A stretch of DNA of 64,000 bases. Origin: Selaginella moellendorffii. Its lineage: Eukaryota; Plantae; Lycopodiophyta. The stretch is taken from contig NW_003314267.1 of assembly GCF_000143415.4 (NCBI RefSeq), positions 1,185,309 through 1,249,308 of the forward strand, written 5' to 3'. A program made the translations under genes and the position numbers. Numbering within the stretch: position 1 is the stretch's first letter; each line of letters begins with the position of its first letter. The notes beneath the pieces were generated by a model, which saw only the letters and a program-made list of their open reading frames with translations, searched no databases and was not told the origin of the DNA. Below are positions 48,186-58,539 of this stretch, in pieces.

Positions 48186-49579
48186 ATGCGCCTCGAGTTC
48201 CTTGGTACTGTCCAAGAAAATCAGCAAGTTCAAGTCCTGGACTCCTCCAATCTAAAGCTGGAGAAGCAGCAGCATCATCATCAGCAGCAGCAGCCGCAGA
48301 ATTTCCGTCTTCCATCGTTCTGCCTTCGAGCAAGGATGGAACTCTCCTTCGACACAAGCGAAGGCGGACTGCTAGCAGTGGACTCGCACCGCTCGGTGCC
48401 AGCTCCCTTCCTCACCAAGACATTCCATCTCGTTGACGATTCCAGCACGGACGACGTCGTCTCCTGGAGCGAAGACGGTACCACGTTCGTCGTCTGGCGA
48501 CCCCCGGAATTCGCCAAGGATATCTTGCCGAATTACTTCAAGCACAATAACTTCTCCAGTTTCGTCCGGCAGCTCAACACCTACGTGAGTCTCCCATACG
48601 TTTTCTTTCCACACCTCCTCCATAGTTCTTTGGAGTTCAGTCCCTTAGTTCTTCGCCAGTTGTCGATCACTTGCAGTACTCAGCTTCAGCATTTTGTCAA
48701 TGATGTTGCGCACTGAACTTCGTTCTTGTCGACTCGCAGGGATTTCGAAAGATCGTCTCGGACAGATGGGAGTTCGCAAACGAGTACTTCCGCAAGGGAC
48801 AACAGGACCTCCTCTGCGAAATTCACCGGAGGAAGACCGGGCAGCCGAACACGATGCAACCAATCCGACAAACCAGCACTGCAGAAGATATCCTCTGGTC
48901 GCACGTCACCACCACCTCTCCAGTCCCATCCCCACGGGCTCCACACTTCACAGCAGCAGTGTCCATCTGCGACGAGAACGAGCGACTGCGCCGGGACAAC
49001 TGCATTCTAATGTCGGAGCTCTCCCGCCTCCGAAGGCTCAACGACGAAGTCCTCCTGTTCGTGCAGAACCAAGCTCGGATGCCCCTCCAGCAGGATCTCA
49101 GCTGCATCAAGTGGCTCAAGTACAACACCCTCCCACCACTGCTGCCACCGCCACCGGCTTCTCCAAGATTCGAGGAAATTGTCGAGGATCGCAGGCCTGC
49201 CACCAGAGTCGCACACAGCAGCCGCCTCTCTTCCATCGTTTCAATGGCTGCCACCAGGCCGACTTCCGCTTCTACGCCTTACGTGAAAGACACTCCACCG
49301 AAGGTCCCAACACTGTGCTTGCTGGAGAGCAAGGCCAAGGAGCTCTCGTCCTCTACGACCGATGCTTCTTCCAAAGTCACTTCATCGAGCTCGTCCGATG
49401 ATTCGCCCAAGCTGTTTGGAGTGCCTCTCAACGGGAAGAAGAGGCCACACTCCCCGAGCAGCGACTCGTCGTCTCAGGCACGGCTAAAGAGCCCGCGGCC
49501 GGATATTTCACTCCAGCTCGGCACGGATCCCTGTTGGTTAAAAGTTTGCAAATCTGTCAGTGAGAAAATATTCATCTGA
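48186..49579 (+). CDS. Class B heat-shock factor (HsfB4-like); exons 48186 (or 48336)-48584, 48740-49579
   Basis: [24 protein letters not shown]|GFRK with the conserved intron, [13 protein letters not shown], repressor motif KLFGV. Confidence 0.93.
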
Positions 49580-49741
49580 CTTCCCAGGTGATAATTACCC
49601 AATACCCGTTGATGCAAAAAAGTACGCGACGATTTAGCTGATTGTAACGAAAGTCGTTAGAAGGAAAGAACAAAAAAGAGCAAAGAAAAATCTGCCACAG
49701 GCAGCAAATCAATCGCCCAGTCTTGTATGTGATCTACGTGA

Positions 49742-50525
49742 TCATACTTGTTTGCTTGCAGGAGTTTTGGATCTTCTTCTTCTAGATGGTGGTCTTTCAC
49801 CTACGTTGGGATCACTTCCATCATCTGGATCATGCTTTGCAAACAACTCTGGGGTTGCTTCCATGCACGCTTGCATGGCTAGATAAGGCTCAATGCAGTC
49901 TGACCCCTGGACATAAAAATTGACAATGAAAAAAGGCACGAAGACGATGCGATGCATTCTCTCTCGTTTTCTTTTCCATTTCTTTTTCCCTCGCTTGCTT
50001 CTGCCATGCACAGCTTTGGATATGAGCATGGAGCTACGTACCTTCTCTTCGGCCGTGCTCTTGAAGTAGCACACGAAAGCCTCGCTAAATTGCTTTCCAC
50101 AGGGGCCCTCACGGAGATCAGCGACGCAGGGACATTCCAGAGCTTTGCGCGCCATGTCGTCGAGAGACTGGATCAATCAACACGAAGAATGTGAGAATCT
50201 CTAGTCACGGCATTTTCGAAAGGCAAGAAAAAAAGCATCACGAACCTCTGGCTCCTTCTCGTTCTCCGGTTGGACAGTAGCTTCTGCGAGAGAAAAAGTT
50301 TTAGTCTATAGTTCTTAACTAAAGGAAAAGCCTGTATCTTCTAATGAAAAAAGAGTGACAAGCACGCAAGAACACGAAAGATCACCAGAAACCACTCACC
50401 GATCACAAGAAAGCACTCTCGATCCACGAAATATCACACGACAGACAGGAATCACGATCGCGAGAGCAAATACCTTGCGCAACACCTTGATCCGCCTCTT
50501 CGTTTCCCTGCTGCTCCATCCCCAT
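49742..50525 (-). CDS. MIA40: Mitochondrial intermembrane space import oxidoreductase; exons 50525-50474, 50283-50246, 50167-50042, 49906-49742
   Basis: ALECPCVADLREGPCGKQFSEAFVCY..KGSDCIEPYLAMQACM (CPC plus twin CX9C). Confidence 0.92.
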
Positions 50526-50554
50526 CGCTAGGCTCGAGCTCTTAGGGCAATGCT

Positions 50555-51178
50555 ATGGCGGACGATTCAGCAATGGCGATCTATCACGAGCGCCAGCGCC
50601 TCCAGCTCTGCCTTCTCCACGCGCTCAACAATCTTCTCCAGGTAAGCAATGCCAAGCAAGAACCCTATAATATTTCTTCTCTTCCCCTCTCTCGCCGCTA
50701 CTAGGGCCACGATCGATTCACTCGGCAGATCCTCGACGCCATAGCCGATTCTCTGGAGGAGCAGCACGCCACACCCTGGAGCACGCGAAATCTCTTCTTC
50801 TTGCCGGCCAAGCAGCACAGAAATCCCTTGACAGGGAACTACGATGCCAATGTCCTCATCGCCGCCTTGTCGAGCCGGGGACTGGAGGCGCGCTGGCACG
50901 ATCGACGCAGCGCCATCGCCGACGACGATCTATCCCGCCCCAATCTCGCGGGCCTCATCGCCAACACCAGCAGCCAGAGGTTCTTGGGACTGTGGAGGAG
51001 CCGCCACTGGATCGCTCTGCGCCGCGTCCACGGATCTTGGTACAACCTCGACAGCGATTTGCCGATGCCAGTGGCAATGCGCGGCGCCGGCGAGGTCAGA
51101 GATTTCCTAAACTCCCTACGCGATCAAGGAGCCGAGCTCTTCTTCGTTTTTAGAAAGGAAGAACAAGGGGATGAATAG
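50555..51178 (+). CDS. Josephin-like deubiquitinase; exons 50555-50641, 50705-51178
   Basis: IYHERQRLQLCLLHALNNLLQ, GNYDANVL, RHWIALR, WYNLDS (catalytic C/H/D). Confidence 0.93.
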
Positions 51179-51229
51179 GAGATTCTAGGCTGTTGCCCAG
51201 ATCCAAACCGACGCGGCCGATTCGATCGA

Positions 51230-51526
51230 TCATACTTCTTCGCTCCAGCCTTCTTCCGTGAGAATCGCATTGAAGACTCGGTCGATCCTGGTGCCCAGAG
51301 GGGGCAAATCCTCGCCATCGCGCTCCGCCTCTTGGATCACTCTCTTTCTCAGAATGGCGAGGCCTTCCTTGATCACCTGGTTTTCTTCTCGGGCCAGCGC
51401 GGCACACTGACCGTTCCGGTGATTCGCCAATTCACGCTCCATTGATGAAAGATATCCTGCAAAGAGAACGAGAGGGACGCCCAAACCAAAATATTTGATT
51501 GCTGGCCGAAATAACTCTGCCACCAT
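51230..51526 (-). CDS. Small single-TM coiled-coil protein, paralog of 53750-54073
   Basis: Hydrophobic YFGLGVPLVLFAGYL, then HRNGQC..EEN..LRKRV..RDGEDLPPLGTRI. Confidence 0.7.
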   Translation of the reverse strand: MVAELFRPAIKYFGLGVPLVLFAGYLSSMERELANHRNGQCAALAREENQVIKEGLAILRKRVIQEAERDGEDLPPLGTRIDRVFNAILTEEGWSEEV

Positions 51527-51626
51527 CTCTAACCCTAAAACTTTTAAAACCAAAATTATAGGATTTGGTTAACAAGATTTAGACGTTTAACAACATATAT
51601 AAGAAAACTGATTTTAAGAAAACAGA

Positions 51627-51944
51627 TTAAGAGCTTGTTGGAGGAGGAGCAAGAGGAGCATGGCAATCCCAGTAAAAACATTGAGTCTTTCCATCATGAC
51701 CACTAAAGCATCTTCGCCATGCTTCAACAGGATCTAAAAAACAAAAAACCGAAAAGTTATTTGTGGGAAAATTGCTCTGAAAGAGAAAATTATAAGAAAC
51801 AATCTTACTTCCATCAGGATCTGTCAAAGTGACATGTTCAGGAGCACCAGGAGCTGGAGTCGGAGGAGAATTCTTCCCAAGAACACATCCGGCCAAAACA
51901 AAAGCGAAGAAGCAAAGAAAGAAGATAGATTTTGCTGAAGCCAT
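51627..51944 (-). CDS. Small secreted Pro/Cys-containing peptide; intron 51734-51808
   Basis: Signal peptide MASAKSIFFLCFFAFVLAGCVLG; the spliced product continues ..DPDGNPVEAWRRCFSGHDGKTQCFYWDCHAPLAPPPTSS. Confidence 0.65.
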   Translation of the reverse strand: MASAKSIFFLCFFAFVLAGCVLGKNSPPTPAPGAPEHVTLTDPDGSKIVSYNFLFQSNFPTNNFSVFCFLDPVEAWRRCFSGHDGKTQCFYWDCHAPLAPPPTSS

Positions 51945-52227
51945 GTTGAACTAGCTGACTTTTTGTGAATAAATCTCAAGCTTCAAACCCCACATATTTA
52001 TAGTAATACTTTTGTGGCAAAAATAAAACGCTCTAGGATAATGTTTATTTTTAAAATATGTATGGACAATACCACCATGCTTAACTAAAACAATGGTAGT
52101 TGTCTTTACAACTCGGTTTTGGGGATGGAAGGTCTCTTTGCAGTGGGGCGCGTGATCTCCTTGGCGGTGTCTCTGTAGTACGTGTTATACAACTCCCTCG
52201 AGTAGCGCACGAAGTTGTAGAGGAAAT

Positions 52228-53570
52228 CTACACACGGCAAACTCTACTGTCACGCCAAAGTTTTTCAGAGAAACCATTACCTGGATTTTGCTTCTGGAGG
52301 TAGTCGATCTGGATGGGCGAGAAAAGGCTCTGGAGCTGCTCGAAAGGCTCAAACCGCGGCCTCTGCAAGGATTTCTCGGGCTCTCGGTCGACGTGATCCC
52401 TGAGCTCTCGATCATCGCTGGGAGCCTCGACTCGATCGGGCAATGCAGTCTTCGCTTGGCAGGAGCCCGTTGTTTTGCTGCATTTCTTTATCCATTCGGA
52501 GGTATTCGTCAAATCTGCGTCCACGAAGATTGTCTTAGACGATCACAAAAGTCTGTTCTACTGCCTCATACCTGCGAAAGGCGTCCTAGTTCTCTTCTGT
52601 TTCTCTCGTGCTTGCCAGCCACCTGATGGAATAACTTACGTAAGTTCGATATGAAAACCACCAAGCAAGCTATACCTTTGATGTCACACTTGATCTTGAG
52701 AGACGCAGCACCGAGAGGAGTGTCGTTGTTACAGAAAACTCTGATCGGGCTGGACACTGTGCTCCCGAGAAGTAGACGCTGGTCGTCATAGGCAGCGAGC
52801 AAGAATCGAAAAGTAGAAGCTTCTCCTTTCACCGGGCAGACATGCGTGCTGGCTTCGTCGATCGCCACGTACAAGTTCCTTGGAGATTTTTGCGTGCCAA
52901 AGCGCTGGAGTCCGCGAAGAACCGGACCTTTGCAAGGATTTTTGGAGTTCTTGCACTTGGAGCGGGTCACTGGGATCCATTTGTAGCTCTGCTGCTGCGT
53001 AGATTTTTCCTGGTAATCCTCGATCGGCGACGAGTAGACGAGGAGAATGAAGAGATCTATCCTGTTCCCTTGGGTGAAACGGACCTGGAATTTCAAGCAG
53101 CTCTCTCGAAGCCGATCGTCGACGTCAGCCGGCCCGACTGGGATCTGGACAGCCTCGGAGATTTTCAGCTTCGCGCTCGAGGAAAGCGCGTCTCGGATGA
53201 TCAGCTTCACGCGATTGTAAGAGCACTTGTGCTTGCCCAGCTTGTACGCCCTGGATGAAAGAAGCGAGGGAGAGGAGAGAGAGAGAGAGAGAGAGAGATC
53301 GGTGAGAATTCGTCGAAATGTGGCAAGATTCGCGCAAGAACCGCGAGGCATCGCTCAAGAAAGACGAAATCTCAGCGCCAGGCGCCAAAGACCATACCTT
53401 GCTTCCGGCTGCTCCTTGATCGCATGGGGCAAACCGGTCGCCACGCAGCAGCACAGCTCCGCCTCATCGTCCAGAATCCGCGACTCGCATTGGATGAGGG
53501 GATCGATTATCGGCGAATTACCGCCATCGCCGGCGCCAAGCTCCCCATCGCCATCGCCAAGCTCCTCCAT
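52228..53570 (-). CDS. Uncharacterised protein; exons ~53570-53397, 53250-52676, 52622-52572, ~52514-52228
   Basis: Phase-compatible GT-AG introns join ..CCCVATGLPH..ARAYKLGKHKCSYNRV..FRFLLAAYD..SSPIRVFCNND. Confidence 0.7.
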
Positions 53571-53749
53571 ACTAGTATCCTACATTCTACCCCCATTCAA
53601 ACCACAGAAGAAACCCTCCGCCCAATGAAACGCTGCCAGCTGCGCAAACCCCCAAAGATCGAGCATTCTTTGATTAACTGTACGACCAAGGGCCACAGTT
53701 AACTTCCGGACACTCTAGGGTTAGGGTTCGTCGATGATAGATCGTCGCG

Positions 53750-54073
53750 ATGGCCGAGAGCGTAGAGCCGCGGAGGACGATCGGCGCCAGGGTTTTCCTC
53801 AAACTCAACCGCAATGGCCACATCCTGGGCGCGATTTCGGCGGCGCTGGCAGGAATCATGCTGGTGGTGAAGATGAAGAAGGCAGAGGAGCTCCTCAATG
53901 AGCACAGGACGGGGCTTTGCGGCCTGTCCGATGGAATGGCGGAGGAGAACCGGCGATTGAAGCAGGGATTGATGAGCCTCCGGCAGCGCGTGCTGGATGA
54001 GGTGAGCCGGGATGGCAAGAAGCTGCCGCCATTGCCCACCAGGCTCAAGCAGATTTTTGATTCGGTGCAATGA
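53750..54073 (+). CDS. Small single-TM coiled-coil protein, paralog of 51230-51526
   Basis: ILGAISAALAGIMLVV, then HRTGLC..EEN..LRQRV..RDGKKLPPLPTRL. Confidence 0.75.
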   Translation: MAESVEPRRTIGARVFLKLNRNGHILGAISAALAGIMLVVKMKKAEELLNEHRTGLCGLSDGMAEENRRLKQGLMSLRQRVLDEVSRDGKKLPPLPTRLKQIFDSVQ

Positions 54074-54476
54074 GCATCGAGAGCTCTGTTCCAGGTGAGG
54101 AAAACTCTTCCTTTTTTCCAATGCGGCATTCTTCTCTTCTCTCTTTGTGTTCTTCATCGACAGACTTGGGCTCTCATCGATTAAGTGGCGTTGTGAAGAA
54201 GAAATTTTGGAGCAGTGGGCCTGCTTCTCGCAACTGGTGAAATAATTAGATTCTCTTCTCTTTCGTTTTCATTCTGTAACTCCTTGAGCAGGATCATCCA
54301 AAACATTTTGCTTCGATAGATCCGCTATGATGCTCAAAACTGGTGGAATGAATAAGTTCCTTTTCTTCGTCTTCGCGTGAGCACGATCGATCGATCTGTG
54401 ATAGCAAAGTTTGGAGCAGTGAGTAATTCGCAACTGGTAAACGCAGTAGATTTTTAGTTTTACCGCAGCATGATGA

Positions 54477-55230
54477 TCAAGCTGGTCGTTTTCCTCCTCT
54501 TCTACTTCGTCGAGATTGAACTACTGTCCAATCGTCCTCTGCGGCCTCGGTTTCGTTCGATTTATCGATGTCCATTGTCTCGGGAATGCTCGCTGGTTCT
54601 TTCTCAAGGTTGCTCGTCGATGAGAGCTCTGCGACCTCTTCACTCTCGTCATCGTGGCTTTCCTGCGAGAAAAACGCTGCCACTGTCAAGTTTCTCTGGC
54701 GATCGAAAAGCCCAACCTCTGTATCCTTGCAAATCGATTTTTTCTGAGCTCCGGAGCTAGGATTCGCCGACAAAGCCATGCTCTTTACGCGCTCGAAGTT
54801 CCCGACACCGCATTCTTCGTTCAAGAACATCACTATTTCCGCTACCTGTGTTCGCACAAAACCATCTAGAGTCGAGCGTTTCCAAAATTTACGACCGACC
54901 ATTTACCTCTTCGTGACTTCCATCTTCCAGATCCGTGTTAAACGATTCACTCATTGCGTCCTCGAGCAATGCTTCCAGATCGTCGATATAGAGCGTTCCT
55001 GGGAATTTGCCCGAATTTGAGAATTTGAGACGAATTTGAGAGGATTTCCTCGTACCTTTGGTCTGAGTGAGGAAGGAAACTACATCCTCGACCAGCTGCT
55101 GCGATTTCTGGACAGAATTGCGGCCGCCCCACTCATTCTCCACGGCCAGCTGCAGCGCCGTCCACCGCGAGAAGCACAGCCGGATCCCTTCGGCCAGCAT
55201 TCCAAGGCGCTCGTCGTTCCATCGCGCCAT
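54477..55230 (-). CDS. TSR2: Pre-rRNA-processing protein TSR2; exons 55230-55056, 54998-54907, 54845-54477
   Basis: FSRWTALQLAVENEWGG (WGG domain), FNTDLEDGSHEEVA, C-terminal DDWTVVQSRR. Confidence 0.92.
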
Positions 55231-55239
55231 TCTTGCAAG

Positions 55240-55305
55240 AACCCTAAACCCAGAATTAGAACCCTAGCTGCTCCGTGTTCTAGGGCAAGGAGGAGCTAGG
55301 GTTTT
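55240..55305. promoter_or_regulatory. Telo-box-like motifs in the TSR2/NUP50 bidirectional promoter
   Basis: aaccctaa, aaccctag and ctagggtttt within the ~160 bp between the divergent starts. Confidence 0.45.
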
Positions 55306-55389
55306 CGGAGCGGCAAGAGGTATGTCGGTGGATTCTTGGCGAGCGAGCGCTTCTTGTCTGGATCTTTAGCTTCCTCTCCACTCTTGCAG

Positions 55390-56664
55390 ATGGCCGATGC
55401 GTCCAACAAGAAACGCGGCGCGCTTCGGCAGATTACCAAGGACGATCGGGCAGACGAGGACGAGGAGGATGCCTCTCCATCGGAGCAAGGGACATTCGCG
55501 AGGGCCAGCGACGAGGTACTCGCGACGAGGAAGATTGTCAAGGTCCGGCGGAGTTCTTCCACGGCAGCGGCGCCATCGGGGCCGAATTTGTTCGCAAACA
55601 TCCAGCTCGTAGCTCCCGGCACCGCTCCTCCGTTGGTTTCTTCCACTCCAGCTCCAGCTCCGGTGATGGATTCGTCAGTGAAAGATCCGGGCGAGAATGC
55701 GAAGGATGGAGGAAAGAATGCGAATGGAAACGGCAACGCCAAGGAAGAGGAAGAGAAGCAAGCAAAGGAAGAGGTGGCTCCAAACGAGAATGGGGAGAAG
55801 GAGGGTGGCAATCCAGGGAAAGCTCCAGTGGCAGCGGCGCTACCAAAATCCTTCGATCAAGTCTCCTCCAGCGCCAACGCATTTGGATCTTTCGGCACGG
55901 CCTTCTCCACCTCGAGTTTCTCCTTCTCGACGACTGGATCATCGTTTAGCTTCGGGAGCTCGCCGGCAATGGGTTTTGGTTTTTTTGGCTCCTCCACCAC
56001 CACCACCACCGCGACGCCAGCCGAGGGAGGGAAGTTCCCACTCTTTGGACAGGCGCCGCCGAGCAGCGGCGACACGGCGGCGCCGCCATCGAGCAGCAGC
56101 GGCGGTGGAGGTGGCGGCGGCGGACACCCGACGGTGTCGCTTCAGGAGGTTCCGGTCGAGACGGGGGAGGAGAACGAAAAGGCGGCGTTCTCCGGCGATG
56201 GGATCCTGTACGAGTTCGTGGACAAGAGCTGGAAGGAGCGGGGTAAAGGCGAGCTCAAGCTCAACTTGTCCGAGGATTTGAAGAAGGCCCGGCTGGTGAT
56301 GCGATCCAGGGGGAACTTGAAGCTGCTGCTCAACGCCAGCCTCTTCCCGGACATGAGGATGAGCAAGATGGACGGGCGGAGCGTCACGTTTGCGTGTGTT
56401 AACAGCGCCGCCGCCGCCGCCAGCGCCGCCAAGGATGGCAAGGCTGTGCTTACCACGTACGCCGTGAAGCTGCGAGACGCGGCCGGGATTCCAGAGTTCC
56501 TGGGGCTGGTTGAGGCGCACAAGGGGATCAAGCCGGTGGCGGAGGCGGCGGAGGAAGCGGAGGAGGTGGCGGCGGTGGAACAAAAGGCTGATGATCAAAG
56601 TGGCAGCGAAGATGCTCAACGAAACAGTGGCGAGGAACAAGCGCCAAAAGAAGAACAGGTGTGA
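55390..56664 (+). CDS. NUP50: Nucleoporin NUP50-like (N-terminal NUP50 motif, FG-rich region, RanBP1 domain)
   Basis: KKRGALRQITKD..GTFARASDEVLATRKIVKVRR; VETGEENEK..WKERGKGELKLN..ARLVMR..LLLNA; probable 5'UTR intron ending at 55389. Confidence 0.88.
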   Translation: MADASNKKRGALRQITKDDRADEDEEDASPSEQGTFARASDEVLATRKIVKVRRSSSTAAAPSGPNLFANIQLVAPGTAPPLVSSTPAPAPVMDSSVKDPGENAKDGGKNANGNGNAKEEEEKQAKEEVAPNENGEKEGGNPGKAPVAAALPKSFDQVSSSANAFGSFGTAFSTSSFSFSTTGSSFSFGSSPAMGFGFFGSSTTTTTATPAEGGKFPLFGQAPPSSGDTAAPPSSSSGGGGGGGGHPTVSLQEVPVETGEENEKAAFSGDGILYEFVDKSWKERGKGELKLNLSEDLKKARLVMRSRGNLKLLLNASLFPDMRMSKMDGRSVTFACVNSAAAAASAAKDGKAVLTTYAVKLRDAAGIPEFLGLVEAHKGIKPVAEAAEEAEEVAAVEQKADDQSGSEDAQRNSGEEQAPKEEQV

Positions 56665-57034
56665 GCGAGCGATCTTTCTACATTTTGTTGTGTGCTTGCG
56701 ATCGATCGATCAACTTCAAAACATTGATATTTGATTGAAATACTAATCGGAAGAACAAAGTGATAGCCACCATGTCGACCATGTCCGCCACCACGTTACT
56801 ATCGTTACCATCGGTGATACCGGCGTTGGTAGTGGCGCTGGCCCTGGAACTGGAACGTGACCCTGCGCATCGTCAAGGTGGACGTGATTATACCACATGT
56901 GAATTGGCGTCATAGCTGTCTGTCTAGGGTTTGTGAGCATACGGTAGAATATACTACAAGAAGAATATGCTTTTAAAGATTCGATTTACTCTAGAAGGAG
57001 AATATTCTAGCTCTTGCACTTGCGCTAGGGCTAG

Positions 57035-57913
<879 letters not shown>

Positions 57914-58344
57914 AGTCCGTGTGTATTTAGCAGCAAGAACTCTCAAGAACAAGAACAATTAAAACAGGAACTCTCAAGAACAAGAACAATTAAGGCAGGG
58001 ATAAAGAGTGGGCTCTGATCATCACACCAAGTGTATTAATCCTTTATCATCATGTGGAAGAAAATCTACGAATTACTCGAAGAACTAGAAGCTATAACTG
58101 TTCGAGATTATGTATATAAGCTTTATTTTCAGTTTTCTTAGGTTTAAAATGTTCTTAGAGAATAAACTTTTATCCATTTCTGGCCGTCCGATTCCAACGG
58201 TCAAATTTAAATCCTGGCCGTCCGTTCTTGGATGTTTTTCCCACGACATCTGCTTTTGCTTGACGAACACTGTGCGATTGGATCGGCTAGACTTCAGGTG
58301 CGAGCTGGCTCTCTGGATCCATTGCGTAGTTTTTCTAGAACTTA

Positions 58345-58470
58345 AGTTGATCACACAGATTTGTTTTGATACAGTGAGGATGGAACGCTCTTGGCTGCCA
58401 CTACAAACGGTGGCAAAACCTTTGTGTGGGGGCTCGATGGAGGCCATTGTTTGCGCATTCACTCTTCAGG
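58345..58470 (+). pseudogene. WD40-repeat fragment; inverted relics at ~19570-19700 and ~28600-28700
   Basis: ITQICF / SEDGTLLAATTNGGKTFVWGLDGGHCLRIH, with a frameshift. Confidence 0.5.
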
Positions 58471-58539
58471 CGATGTTCATGGCCGCAGCTCCATCTAGCG
58501 TCAAGCAAAGCTGACGAAACAGTTTCTTTCACTCTCGTG

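Noticed and set aside
56743-56940. 65-aa ORF between NUP50 and NKAP
   Set aside because: Short, with no motif, paralog or splice evidence.
57936-57998. ~32-bp tandem duplication after NKAP
   Set aside because: Two units only; ordinary slippage. Not a CRISPR array, since there are no spacers and the context is eukaryotic.
58081-58110. CTAG as a possible Helitron 3' end for unit A
   Set aside because: No GC-rich subterminal hairpin, and not seen at the other copies.
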